Part shown: piece after piece, positions 7,352 to 17,565 of the stretch
Position numbering within the stretch: position 1 is the first letter of the stretch
Layout: the number at the start of each line of letters is the position of its first letter
Origin: Paludibacteraceae bacterium
GTDB lineage: Bacteria; Bacteroidota; Bacteroidia; Bacteroidales; Paludibacteraceae
Length of the DNA: 30,500 nt
NCBI GenBank assembly: GCA_017550055.1
Contig: JAFYMM010000160.1
Span: forward strand, 1-30,500
Reading direction: 5' to 3'
The notes under the pieces: model-generated
What the model was told of the DNA's origin: nothing
Database searches by the model: none
What the model saw: only the letters and a program-made list of their open reading frames with translations
Program-made: the position numbers and the translations under genes

Positions 7352-8582
7352 TGCTACCATAGATGGCGTAGAATAGCATGTAGATGATGCCTAAGAAGAC
7401 AACGAAATAGCTATTGACGAAGCCGAAATTGTCGGCAACGAGGCCTTGAATGAGAGGTAATACGCCTCCACCGCATACCATAGTCATGAAGATGCCAGAT
7501 GCGGTTGTGGTGTGATTGCCAAGACCTTCGACCGCAAGATTGAATATCGCACCCCACATGACAGATGTGCATAGACCACAGAGGATGAGGAGCAAGATGT
7601 TGACAGGTACTTCGGCAAAACCGAACGATATGTCAGACTTGAAAACAGGCATATTGACCATGAATTGAGGCATGAATATAGCCAAAAGTACCAATATGGC
7701 AGCAACGGAAGTGGTGGTTGTGAGCATAGCACGGCTCGATACATGACCACCGATGGCAGCTCCAACGAATCGGCCAATGAGCATAAGGAACCAATATGTG
7801 CCAACGATAGTGCCAGCTACGGCTGTGTCCATTCCGAGGTCGGTTGTCATATAGAGATTGGCTATGTTAGGAATGCCAACTTCGACACCGACATAGATGA
7901 ATATTGCGATGATGCCGAGATTGAAGTGGCGGAACGAAAAGACCGATTGTTCTTTTTTCTCTTGTTTTTTGTCGGTTTGGTTGAGGTGCGGTTCAGGAAT
8001 ATCCATGAAGAACAACACGCAGAACGCCAACGAGAATATTGTGATTGCGAGCCATAGGGCAGGGCTGGCGTCTTGGATGGTGCGATTGGCAGCATTGCCC
8101 ATGAGCATACCAACAAGAACGGGAGCCAAAGTTGCGCCTGTAGAGCCAAATACGCCACCGATTTGGATGAGCTGATTGCCCTTTTTGCCACCACCAGCGA
8201 GAGTGTTGAGCATAGGGTTGCACACGGTGTTGAGGATACACATAGAGAAGCCAGAGATGAACGCACCGCAGAGGTATGTGCCATAGATGGCAGAATCCAT
8301 AAACCCAGCGAGGAACATGATGGCAACGCCAATGAGTCCGACCATGACAGCAATGAGTGAGGTGATTTTGTAGCCACGGCGTTTGAGTATCAATCCTGCA
8401 GGGACACCCATGCAAGCGTAGGCAATGAAATTGGCAAAATTGCCCAACTGCGACATGAGATTCGATGCGTTGAATTGCGACTTAACAATCACACCAAATG
8501 GATTTTGTAGTCCAGTGACGAATGCAATCATGAAGAAGAGTGCAATCATCATGATGATAGGCAATGTGTTTTTGTTTTTCAT
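7332..8582 (-). CDS. MFS sugar transporter, FucP/GluP (glucose/galactose/GlcNAc permease) type
   Basis: 416 aa with about 12 hydrophobic segments; NPxxxxL after TM4, IFIYVGVEVG, GRFxG, MWGAIFNLA, GGGxLP; directly upstream of the ROK kinase. Confidence 0.85.
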   Translation of the reverse strand: MKNKNTLPIIMMIALFFMIAFVTGLQNPFGVIVKSQFNASNLMSQLGNFANFIAYACMGVPAGLILKRRGYKITSLIAVMVGLIGVAIMFLAGFMDSAIYGTYLCGAFISGFSMCILNTVCNPMLNTLAGGGKKGNQLIQIGGVFGSTGATLAPVLVGMLMGNAANRTIQDASPALWLAITIFSLAFCVLFFMDIPEPHLNQTDKKQEKKEQSVFSFRHFNLGIIAIFIYVGVEVGIPNIANLYMTTDLGMDTAVAGTIVGTYWFLMLIGRFVGAAIGGHVSSRAMLTTTTSVAAILVLLAIFMPQFMVNMPVFKSDISFGFAEVPVNILLLILCGLCTSVMWGAIFNLAVEGLGNHTTTASGIFMTMVCGGGVLPLIQGLVADNFGFVNSYFVVFLGIIYMLFYAIYGSKLKVEN

Positions 8583-8659
8583 TTTTTTAGTAACTGGTAG
8601 TGAGGCAGCGAGTAGCGGTGAGGCTACTCGTTTCGCCCGTTTGTTTTTACTTTATTGGA

Positions 8660-10825
8660 TTATAAATTGTTTTTCAAGAAAGTGTTGAAGCGAGTGTAGA
8701 GGTGGTAGCGTGTTTTAGCACCGAGGATACTATGGTTTTTGTTAGGATAGATTTGCATTTCGAATTGGATGCCAGCTTCGACAAGAGCATCGCAATAGAG
8801 CATAGCGTGTTGGAAATGTACGTTGTCGTCGGCAGTGCCATGACAAAGGAGTAGTTTGCCTTTGAGGAGGTGAGCATTTTCGATTAGGTCAGATTTCTCA
8901 TAGCCATGGTCGTTCTCTTGTGGAGTTGACATGAAGCGTTCGGTGTAGGCAGTGTTGTATAGACGCCAATCAGTTACAGGCGCAATAGAGATACCTGCTT
9001 TGAAGGTTTCGTTGCCATAAGTGAGGCAGTTGAGAGCCATGAATCCACCGAAAGACCATCCCCAGATGGCAATTCTGTCTTCGTCGATATAAGATTGTTT
9101 GCCGAAATATTGGGCAGCAGCAACTTGGTCTTCAGTTTCATATTTGCCAAGATTCCAATAAGTGCAAGTGCGGAATTCGCGACCACGAGCACCTGTGCCA
9201 CGGCTATCAACGCAAGCAACGATGTAGCCCTCTTGAACGAGATAGTATTCCCAATCAGGTTTGAAGCGGTCGAGAGCCTCTTGACTGTCGGGACCAGAAT
9301 ATTGAACCATAACGAGAGGATACTCTTTGTTGGCATCGAAATTGGCAGGTTTGATAATCCAGCCATAGAGATTTGTGCCATTGACAGCATCGAAATTGAT
9401 AAACTCTTTAGTAGGTAGTTGGTAGGCATCGAATTTAGCTTGCAACTCTTTGTTGTCGATGATAGTGCGTAGAGCCTTGCCCTTAGTGTCGCGGAGGGTG
9501 AATGTGTTAGCCGTAGTTGTATTGTGGAATTGCGCTACGATATATTTCATTCCCTTAGAGAACGATGCAGAATGTGTGCCAGGACGAGGGTCGAGGTTAG
9601 TTATATTGCCTTTTTTGTCAGCTTTGTAGATGTGGCGTTGCGATGGGTGTTCTTTAGCAGCTTGGAAATAGGCTGTTTTGCTATTTTCGTCGTAGCCATA
9701 GTAAGCAGTAACATCCCATTCGCCTTTGGTGATTTGGCGGATAAGATTGCCATTAGCACCATAGTGGTAGATATGACGCCAGCCATCACGTTCGCTCATA
9801 GCAATGAACGAATTGTCGCTATTGAATTTGAGGTGAGTGTAGTTGGTGTAGTCGATATAGACCTTGTCGGACTCAGAGAGCAATGTGCGAGCAACGCCAG
9901 AGCGAGGGTTTACGCTCAAGAGGTCGAGAGTTGTTTGATTGCGATTGAGGCGCACAACGGCAAGCGATTCGTTGTCGTTAGTCCATTGGATGATAGGGAA
10001 ATAGATGTTGTTGCCTGTGCCACAATCCATCTGTTTAGTAGTGCGATTTGCGATGTCGTAAACATGAATAGATACGGTAGAGTTGGTTTCGCCAGCCTTT
10101 GGATATTTATATGTGTAGGCTTTGTCGTAAGGGTGGTCGTAAACATCGAATGAGAACTGTTTGATTTCGCTTTCGTCGAAACGTACCCAGGCAAGAAGTT
10201 TGCTGTCAGGACTCCATTCGAAATAGCGAGTGCGACCGAACTCTTCTTCATAGACCCAGTCGGCAGTACCATTGATGACTTTGTTGAACTCGCCATCTTT
10301 AGTGATTTGTATTTCAGTGTTGAAATCGAGTTTTTTGATGAAGAGATTATTGCCACGAGCAAAAGCAATCATGCGACCATCAGGCGAGAATTGAGCCAAA
10401 TTTTGTAGGCCAGGGTTTTGGCTGAGAGGCTCTAACTCGTTGCGCGCAATGTTATAGACATAGTATGTAGTAGAGAACGAGTGGCGGTAGATAGGAGTTT
10501 TGTCGGTGAGAATAAGGATGCGTTTCTCTTGAGAGTCGAATACGTAGTCAGAAATATTCTTTAAGTTGCAGTTTTGAGCAGTAGCAACATCGAAAATTGT
10601 TTCGATAGCTTTTCCTGATAGATAGTCGTATTTGATGATTTTAGTGCCATCTTCGGATAGCATAGTGTAGCTAGTGCCATCATTCATAGAGTAGAGAGCC
10701 GCCATAGTTTGAGGGCGGAAAGCACCAGAAGTGAAATCACGGAGATATTGTTCCGAAACAGAATTAGCAAATGCACACTGCATAACACACAATGCGCAGA
10801 TAAGAGAGATAAAGATTTTTTTCAT
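8660..10825 (-). CDS. dpp4: Dipeptidyl peptidase IV-like S9B serine peptidase with signal peptide
   Basis: True start MKKIFISL at 10825; DWVYEEE, YKYPKAG, nucleophile GWSFGG, DDNV and NHS catalytic triad. Confidence 0.9.
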   Translation of the reverse strand: MKKIFISLICALCVMQCAFANSVSEQYLRDFTSGAFRPQTMAALYSMNDGTSYTMLSEDGTKIIKYDYLSGKAIETIFDVATAQNCNLKNISDYVFDSQEKRILILTDKTPIYRHSFSTTYYVYNIARNELEPLSQNPGLQNLAQFSPDGRMIAFARGNNLFIKKLDFNTEIQITKDGEFNKVINGTADWVYEEEFGRTRYFEWSPDSKLLAWVRFDESEIKQFSFDVYDHPYDKAYTYKYPKAGETNSTVSIHVYDIANRTTKQMDCGTGNNIYFPIIQWTNDNESLAVVRLNRNQTTLDLLSVNPRSGVARTLLSESDKVYIDYTNYTHLKFNSDNSFIAMSERDGWRHIYHYGANGNLIRQITKGEWDVTAYYGYDENSKTAYFQAAKEHPSQRHIYKADKKGNITNLDPRPGTHSASFSKGMKYIVAQFHNTTTANTFTLRDTKGKALRTIIDNKELQAKFDAYQLPTKEFINFDAVNGTNLYGWIIKPANFDANKEYPLVMVQYSGPDSQEALDRFKPDWEYYLVQEGYIVACVDSRGTGARGREFRTCTYWNLGKYETEDQVAAAQYFGKQSYIDEDRIAIWGWSFGGFMALNCLTYGNETFKAGISIAPVTDWRLYNTAYTERFMSTPQENDHGYEKSDLIENAHLLKGKLLLCHGTADDNVHFQHAMLYCDALVEAGIQFEMQIYPNKNHSILGAKTRYHLYTRFNTFLKNNL

Positions 10826-10864
10826 ATTGTTTTTAATGTATTTGTTTGCTTTATTTATGAAATG

Positions 10865-10872
10865 CAAAGGTA
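10865..10872 (-). promoter_or_regulatory. Sigma-A -7 element for dpp4-MFS-glk-DUF695
   Basis: TACCTTTGCA on the minus strand between the porZ stop and the dpp4 ATG. Confidence 0.65.
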
Positions 10873-10878
10873 CAAAAA

Positions 10879-13233
10879 TTATTTTATAATAAGTATTTTT
10901 GCTATATGTTTTTGTTTTCCATCGGCAGAGGTGCAATGAGCAAAGTACACGCCACTTGCGACCTTGTTGCCCGAAAAGTTGCATCTATCCCATGTGGCAA
11001 CACCACCATTAGAGAGTGTTTCGTATATGAGATTTCCATTTATATCGGTTATTCTGATTTGAGTATCAGCAATTAATCCAGTTATAGTTACCAGTCCAGT
11101 ATATTCAGGGCGAACAGGATTAGGGTAGGCACGTACATTTTCGAAAATATTGCCACCTTCGATAGCGTCGGATTGATATGATATAAGACCATTTCCTGTT
11201 CCGATGAAAACCTCTCCTGTTTTTTCATTAATAGCAATAGATTGGATAGCATTAGACAATAAAGGACTATTTTCGGTTGTGAAATGGTGGATAGTTTCGA
11301 GACCATTTTCAGATACAAGATATATTCCTGAAGAGGCTGTACCTATCCACTTGCGATTGGCACCATCTACGGCAATGGCTTTTATCTCTTCAGTGTCAAG
11401 AAGATAGTCGGCAAGACCAGTTCCGTCGTTGCGTGGAATTTTGATGCGATAAACACGGAAGTTGCTGTCGAACATTTTTGAAGGGTCATTGATTAGGAAT
11501 ACACCTTTTGTTGTTCCAACCCAGATAACTCCATTTTTGTCTTGTGCGATAGAGCGGAGCAGTGGGTTAGCATCGAATCGTAATTCTTTATTATCTTGGT
11601 CGAATACTTTTGTGAAAGCCGCAGTTTTGTCATCTCCTGTATAATCCAAAGTGCCATTATCATCGAGAGTGTAAAAAATTGAATTGTTGGTGTCTCTGTA
11701 GCGAGGCATTAAGAATATTTTTTGATTAGGATTTTTGTTAGATATTATAATGTCTTGAGGCGTTAAATCGTTGTGTGATACAATAATGTTATTAGGTATT
11801 TCATGATATACGCCGTTTGGGTCGATATATTTTATCAGATTACCAGCATTATTTAGCATCCATAAATTGCCTTTTTCATCGTATGTTATACCATCTACAC
11901 GGGTATAATTGTATTTTTCTTTTTCTGTTCGGTCTTCGAATATAGAAACTAATCCGCTATTGTTGCTATGGTGGAATTTGTAGAATTCATCATTTCTGAA
12001 TTCATATAGGCCAAGTCCATAACTAGCAATCCAAAAGTTAGTATTATCGTTAGGGTTAATAGCTATATCGACAAGGTCGTAGCTAGTGTTAAGGTCGTAT
12101 GTTGAGCTTTCGATTTTTGTTCGAGATACAAAATAGTAGGTATCGTATTTTTTCCAAGAGTTATTTTCATATATAGAAAGAGATGCAGGGGTATAGTAGT
12201 TAGTAGCCCATCTGCCACCCGGAACACTGAATATGCGACCGTCAGAATATTTTAAACGCCAAGAAGTGTTTGATTCTGGACCATTAGGTACAAAATAATT
12301 ATACTCCTCAGTTTTTAGATTTTTTGATATTAAAACATAATTTGAGAAGAACCATATAATATTTTTGTTGTTATCAAGTAATGCATCAATAGCATCTTGT
12401 GCGATAAAGATTTCTTCTTTATCATTTATCATTGAAATTTGATTAGCAGTATCTGTAAGTATAATAGCACCATTGCTAATTGATATATTTTTAATTGCAG
12501 ATTTATATTTTGTCCATGAATTATTGGCGTATCTATACAAAATGTTGTTTTCTTTAAGTAGATATATGGTATCTTGGACAAGATGCATATCTATGTTTTT
12601 TTTGATAGAATCAGGAGTAGATAATCTGTTCCAATTTTGGTAGTTGATTAGATTTTTAGAAGTATTGCCAATAAGAATGTTATTTTCTGTAAGGGCATAT
12701 AAGTCGTTATTGTATATGTGGGTTTTTATTGTTTTTTCAGAGTTGCCTTCATTGCCAATAATATAAGTTTCAGTAAATTCATTTTTACTTAGATTTAAAA
12801 TAGTGATACCAAAATCGCATGCAATATAAGCTAAATTATTGTGAAAGCAAACATTGTTAATTTGTTTACTTCCATTTATATTTTTTCTGTAAATATCTGA
12901 TATATTTACAATAGTACCATCTTCGCTCAATAGGTCGATATTAGAATTTTTGTATGCAATGAATAATATATTTTTGAAATCGGAATATTCGATTAGACAT
13001 ATATTATTGTCATTAAGCCCCGAAATTTTAGAATAAGTATCTACTATATTGTCATTTTTATCGACAGAGAATAGGGCACCTGTGCTGATGCCATAAATTT
13101 TATCTTGAGATTGTGTTATTTGGCTTATATTAGTGTAAGATATATGAGTTCGCCAAGAGCCAATAGCAGACTGCGAAAATAGACAATTTACAGTATATAA
13201 AGTAAAAATAAAAAAGAAAAATAATTTTTTCAT
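10879..13233 (-). CDS. porZ: Type IX secretion system attachment-complex protein PorZ
   Basis: 784 aa; signal peptide, IGSWRTH start, propeller repeats (IAVDGANRKWIGT, LIHHFTTENSPLLSN-like, GEVFIGTGNGLISY) and C-terminal T9SS CTD (AYPNPVRPEY...SGVYF...K). Confidence 0.88.
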   Translation of the reverse strand: MKKLFFFFIFTLYTVNCLFSQSAIGSWRTHISYTNISQITQSQDKIYGISTGALFSVDKNDNIVDTYSKISGLNDNNICLIEYSDFKNILFIAYKNSNIDLLSEDGTIVNISDIYRKNINGSKQINNVCFHNNLAYIACDFGITILNLSKNEFTETYIIGNEGNSEKTIKTHIYNNDLYALTENNILIGNTSKNLINYQNWNRLSTPDSIKKNIDMHLVQDTIYLLKENNILYRYANNSWTKYKSAIKNISISNGAIILTDTANQISMINDKEEIFIAQDAIDALLDNNKNIIWFFSNYVLISKNLKTEEYNYFVPNGPESNTSWRLKYSDGRIFSVPGGRWATNYYTPASLSIYENNSWKKYDTYYFVSRTKIESSTYDLNTSYDLVDIAINPNDNTNFWIASYGLGLYEFRNDEFYKFHHSNNSGLVSIFEDRTEKEKYNYTRVDGITYDEKGNLWMLNNAGNLIKYIDPNGVYHEIPNNIIVSHNDLTPQDIIISNKNPNQKIFLMPRYRDTNNSIFYTLDDNGTLDYTGDDKTAAFTKVFDQDNKELRFDANPLLRSIAQDKNGVIWVGTTKGVFLINDPSKMFDSNFRVYRIKIPRNDGTGLADYLLDTEEIKAIAVDGANRKWIGTASSGIYLVSENGLETIHHFTTENSPLLSNAIQSIAINEKTGEVFIGTGNGLISYQSDAIEGGNIFENVRAYPNPVRPEYTGLVTITGLIADTQIRITDINGNLIYETLSNGGVATWDRCNFSGNKVASGVYFAHCTSADGKQKHIAKILIIK

Positions 13234-13258
13234 ATTATGGTTATTATATGATAATTAG

Positions 13259-13837
13259 TTATTTTGAATTGAGAAAATCTTTGAATTTTTGCATTGCTAT
13301 AGCACGATGTGAAATTTTGTTTTTAACTTCAGAAGGTAATTCGGCAAAAGTTTTGTCGTATCCATCAGGAATAAATACAGGGTCGTAGCCAAATCCACCA
13401 TCGCCTTGAGGAGCCTCAGTGATAGTGCCTTGTATTGAGCCTTCGAAGAAATGGACTTGTTCATCTAATATAACGGCGATGACAGTTATAAATTGTGCTT
13501 TGCGATTTGTTTCGTTTTTTAGTGCGTTTAGAAGTTTTTCGGTGTTGCGTTGAGAATTTGATGGTTCGCCAGCATATCTAGCAGATAGTACGCCCGGCTC
13601 TCCGTTTAATGCATCAACAGATAAGCCAGAGTCATCGGCAAAACAATTACATTTTATTTTGTCGTGTAGATATTTTGCTTTTTGTAGTGCATTGTCTTTG
13701 AAAGTATTGCCCGTTTCTGGAATTTCTTCGAAAAAATTTATTTCCGAAAGGTTTTTTATTTTGAAAGTGTTGTTTATTATAGCTTTTACTTCATCAGCTT
13801 TGTGAGCATTGTGGGTAACAAAAATTAGTTCTTTCAT
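13259..13837 (-). CDS. rdgB: Non-canonical purine NTP pyrophosphatase (RdgB/HAM1)
   Basis: THNAHK, ETGNTFKDNALQKA, DDSGL, GFGYDPVF, KNKISHR. Confidence 0.95.
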   Translation of the reverse strand: MKELIFVTHNAHKADEVKAIINNTFKIKNLSEINFFEEIPETGNTFKDNALQKAKYLHDKIKCNCFADDSGLSVDALNGEPGVLSARYAGEPSNSQRNTEKLLNALKNETNRKAQFITVIAVILDEQVHFFEGSIQGTITEAPQGDGGFGYDPVFIPDGYDKTFAELPSEVKNKISHRAIAMQKFKDFLNSK

Positions 13838-13840
13838 AAT

Positions 13841-16800
13841 TTACAATTTATTTATTTTAGCATTACAGTCTGTAAAAGAGTTTTTTTCGATGTTTTTAAT
13901 ATTTTTATGTGTTATAATTTCGGTTATTTGATTGCATCCATAGAAAGCATAGTCTGCGATATTTTGTACTGATTTCGGTATTTTTACTTTGCCTTTTTTG
14001 GCTCTCGGACAAAAAATGAGAGTAGTCATATCGGCAGAGTATATTATACCATCTTCAGATTTATATTGAGTGTTATCACTCCTTATGCTAATTGCTTCGA
14101 GATTTAGGCAACCGTTGAAGGCTTTATGAGTTAGGGATTGTAAGTTTTTGCCTAAAGATACTCTTTTCAGATTTGTGCAACCATTGAATGCGTAGTCTTT
14201 GATTTCTTCGATATGGTATAATATTACATGTTGGATTTTTGTGCATTTGTTGAATGCATAGGAGTCAACAATTTTAGCTTTATTGTGTGCGACATAAGTA
14301 TCGTTGTAGCCTTGTGGGCAATGTAGTAATATATTCATGTCGCTAGAATATAAGACACCATTATATGTGCTAAAAATTTTATTTGAAGAGTCGAGATAGC
14401 GTGTGAAATTGGTATTTTTATCGAAAGCGGACATATCAATATGTCGTAGATTAGATGATAATTCTACAGAATTTATAGAACTACAACCTTCGAAAGCCAT
14501 TTCTTTGATTGACTCCACTTTTTTAGGGATTGTGATTTTTCCTTTCAATTGTGTGCAATTATGGAAAGTAGCAGTGTTTATAATCTTTATTTCAGGAGGC
14601 AGTATAATGTTTTTGTCAGAGTTTATGTATTGAAGAGATGAACAATAGGCAAATGCCATATCGCCAATTTGGGTTATATTATTGCCAAGTTTGGCTTTTT
14701 TCATATTGCTACAATTGCGAAATGCGGCAGAGCCAATAGAGCAATAAGCATTATTTAGATTGATAGAATCGATTTGTGTGCAATTTTCGAATGCAGAGTT
14801 GTCTATCAATGAGATTGATGTTGGTATGTTTATATATTTTAGAGAAGAACAATTGGCAAAAGCAGATTCGTATATGCTATTTAGAGAGTTAGGGAATACT
14901 ATTGTTTTTAGATTAGAGCATCCATCAAAAGCATTTGGACCAATGGCAGATAGAGATTGAGGAAGTACGATTTGTTCTAAGTCTGTATTATTTGCCATAA
15001 AATTAGAAGCAATTGCGATAGTTCCTTCTTTGATGATTATGCTTTTAGGTTTATTATTCCCAATATATTTGAACGCTACATTGTCAATATAGATAATATT
15101 GTTGTTTTGTGAGTTAAACCAAGCTGTGTTGTTAAATGCAGAATTGTCGATTTTAATATCGGAATTTGATTGTATGTTGATGTTTTTGAGAGGCGTAGAA
15201 TTAGCAAATGCAAATTTTTCTATTGAATTTACACTTGTGGGAATGGTAATACTTTCGATATTCATACCATAGAAGGCATAGTCATCTATGTTTTGTACAG
15301 TATTTCCAATTGTTAGAGAAGCAGTTTTTGTTGTATAATCAAATATTGGTTTTTTGGTTTTGCAATTTTCGGCATTATAAATGATATTAGTGAGATTATA
15401 GCATTTGCCGAAAGCTTTAGGTTGTATTTCTTCTACGGTGTTAGGTATTTCTATAGAAGTTAGGCTATTACATTCGTAGAAAGCTTGTTCTTTTATGATA
15501 GTTGTAGTGTTTGGTATAGATATAGAGCTGAGATTTTTGCAACCAGCGAATGCTTTTTCTCCGATAGATTCGATACCTTGTGGTAGAGTAATTGATTTCA
15601 AGCTTTCGCAATTAGCAAAGCATTTGTCCTCTATTTTTTCAAGAGGGTGTTTTAGGTCTATTTCAATAAGGCTTTGGCAATTGAAAAAAGCAGAGGTTCC
15701 TATGTCTGTGATATTCTCTCCAAGGTCGATGTATGTTAATAACTGGCAATTAGAAAACGCATAAGCTCCAATGTTGGTTGTTGCATTGTCTATTTTTACC
15801 TTTGATAGATAAGAACATCCAGAAAAAGCACGTTTGCCTATTTGAGTTACTGTTTGGGGTAATTCTATTGAATATAGAGATTTGCAATATTCGAAAGCAT
15901 AATCTTCAATAATTATTAAATCTTCTCCAATTGTGAGATAGCTTAGGTTTGTGCAGTATGCAAAAGCTTTATTACCTATATATTTTACATTTTTTAGGTC
16001 TATGTAGTATATACTTTCACATTTGTAGAAAGCAAATGGTTCTATATGTAGGAATTGAGACTTTATGTCAATTTGAGAGAGATTGGAGCAATGCGAAAAA
16101 GCTCTATTGCCTATACGGGTGCATTTGGCTGGGATTATAATAGAGTCGAGGAGAGAACATCCTGCAAATGCATATTCTTGTATTGAAGTTATGTTGTTGT
16201 GTAGGGTTACTCGTTCGAGATTTGGGCATTTAGAGAAAGTGCCAGCTGGAATGTTTTTAATGGAATTGGGGATATTGGCATTGAGAATGCTTTGACAATT
16301 GTAGAATACACCCTCTTTCATTGATTTTAGGGAAGTAGGGAGCGAAGCATTTTGCAAAGAATAGCAATTGCAAAAACAGTATTTACCAATATGTTTGAGT
16401 AAGTTGTTGAATTTTACATTAGTTAGGTTCTTACAATTCTTGAACGCATAATCATCTAATATTTCGAGGTCGTATGGGAGATTGATGGTTTTTAGGTTAG
16501 TGCAGTTTTCGAAAGCAGAGTTGTATATGTAGAGAATGTTAGAAGGGAAGTTTATGTATTCAAGTTGTGAGTTGTTCTTAAAGCAGTTAGTTGCGATTGT
16601 TGTTGTGTTTTCTTTGAAGTCAGTTGCGAAGATAGAGTCGTTATTTCCTTTGTATGAATAGAGTATGTTGTTCACATAAAGCATGTCGGATTTGATACTA
16701 TTGTACCATTTCGTGTTGTGAAGGGCAAAGCGGTCGATAGTTTTTATCGATTTTGGGAAATCTATTGTGTCTATGCTATGGCAGTTGTAGAGTAGATATT

Positions 16801-17560
16801 CGGGAAGGTGTTCGACTTGTTCGCCGAAGACGATTTCAGAGAAATTGCTGTTGTGTTCAAAAGCACCTATTGTTCGCTCTATGCGATTGTCGTAGTATGC
16901 TCCCGACGTTTTGCAGTTGATGGCATTGTAGTATATAGTGTCGAGATTGTTGCTCGATTGCAATATTTCATAGCCGAGGTGTTGTGTTTTTTCGGGAATA
17001 GTAAAAGATATTAGTTTTGGACATAAAGCGAAAGCATAATTGTCTATGATTTCGACATTCTCACCCATTATAACAGATTTTAGTTCTGGGCAATTGGTGA
17101 AAGCTCGTTCGCCAATATGGGTTATTTGGTCGTGTATTTCAATTGTTGTTATTCCACTATGGGCGAAAGTGTATGGTTTTATTTCGGTGATGGTGGCAGG
17201 TAATTTAATATCGGTCAGAGAAGAACATCCAGCAAAAGCACCATCTCCGATGATTTGTATGTTGCAATTAGGTTCGAATATTATTTCTTTGATATACGTG
17301 TTGCCACTGAACGCATTTTCGGCAATTTTTGATACGAAATATATTGTGTCGTTATATGAAATTTCGGCAGGAATATAGACGGTTTTTTCTTTGAGAGTTG
17401 TATTTTGTTTGGTTATTTCTACGTTGATTTCGTCTATTTTTTGGTATAAAAGAGTGCACCCTTGGGATTTGTAGGATATTGGTTGCGCCCAAGAGAATAA
17501 AAATGATGTTAATATAGTGATACTTAACGATAGACGTAATAAGTATGTAGTTTTTTCCAT
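13841..17560 (-). CDS. Large TpLRR/BspA-type (LRR_5) leucine-rich repeat protein with signal peptide
   Basis: 1239 aa; dozens of ~22-23 aa LxxIxIPxxVxxIGxxAFxxCxx repeats; N-terminal hydrophobic signal ending WA|Q; no recognisable T9SS CTD. Confidence 0.9.
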   Translation of the reverse strand: MEKTTYLLRLSLSITILTSFLFSWAQPISYKSQGCTLLYQKIDEINVEITKQNTTLKEKTVYIPAEISYNDTIYFVSKIAENAFSGNTYIKEIIFEPNCNIQIIGDGAFAGCSSLTDIKLPATITEIKPYTFAHSGITTIEIHDQITHIGERAFTNCPELKSVIMGENVEIIDNYAFALCPKLISFTIPEKTQHLGYEILQSSNNLDTIYYNAINCKTSGAYYDNRIERTIGAFEHNSNFSEIVFGEQVEHLPEYLLYNCHSIDTIDFPKSIKTIDRFALHNTKWYNSIKSDMLYVNNILYSYKGNNDSIFATDFKENTTTIATNCFKNNSQLEYINFPSNILYIYNSAFENCTNLKTINLPYDLEILDDYAFKNCKNLTNVKFNNLLKHIGKYCFCNCYSLQNASLPTSLKSMKEGVFYNCQSILNANIPNSIKNIPAGTFSKCPNLERVTLHNNITSIQEYAFAGCSLLDSIIIPAKCTRIGNRAFSHCSNLSQIDIKSQFLHIEPFAFYKCESIYYIDLKNVKYIGNKAFAYCTNLSYLTIGEDLIIIEDYAFEYCKSLYSIELPQTVTQIGKRAFSGCSYLSKVKIDNATTNIGAYAFSNCQLLTYIDLGENITDIGTSAFFNCQSLIEIDLKHPLEKIEDKCFANCESLKSITLPQGIESIGEKAFAGCKNLSSISIPNTTTIIKEQAFYECNSLTSIEIPNTVEEIQPKAFGKCYNLTNIIYNAENCKTKKPIFDYTTKTASLTIGNTVQNIDDYAFYGMNIESITIPTSVNSIEKFAFANSTPLKNINIQSNSDIKIDNSAFNNTAWFNSQNNNIIYIDNVAFKYIGNNKPKSIIIKEGTIAIASNFMANNTDLEQIVLPQSLSAIGPNAFDGCSNLKTIVFPNSLNSIYESAFANCSSLKYINIPTSISLIDNSAFENCTQIDSINLNNAYCSIGSAAFRNCSNMKKAKLGNNITQIGDMAFAYCSSLQYINSDKNIILPPEIKIINTATFHNCTQLKGKITIPKKVESIKEMAFEGCSSINSVELSSNLRHIDMSAFDKNTNFTRYLDSSNKIFSTYNGVLYSSDMNILLHCPQGYNDTYVAHNKAKIVDSYAFNKCTKIQHVILYHIEEIKDYAFNGCTNLKRVSLGKNLQSLTHKAFNGCLNLEAISIRSDNTQYKSEDGIIYSADMTTLIFCPRAKKGKVKIPKSVQNIADYAFYGCNQITEIITHKNIKNIEKNSFTDCNAKINKL

Positions 17561-17565
17561 AGTTG

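Noticed and set aside
10826-10984. 53-aa N-terminal extension of the DPP-IV ORF overlapping porZ
   Set aside because: It contains the dpp4 -7 box; the signal peptide begins at 10825
13841-17560. LRR gene as a diversity-generating retroelement target
   Set aside because: No reverse transcriptase and no near-identical template/variable repeat pair differing at adenines was seen
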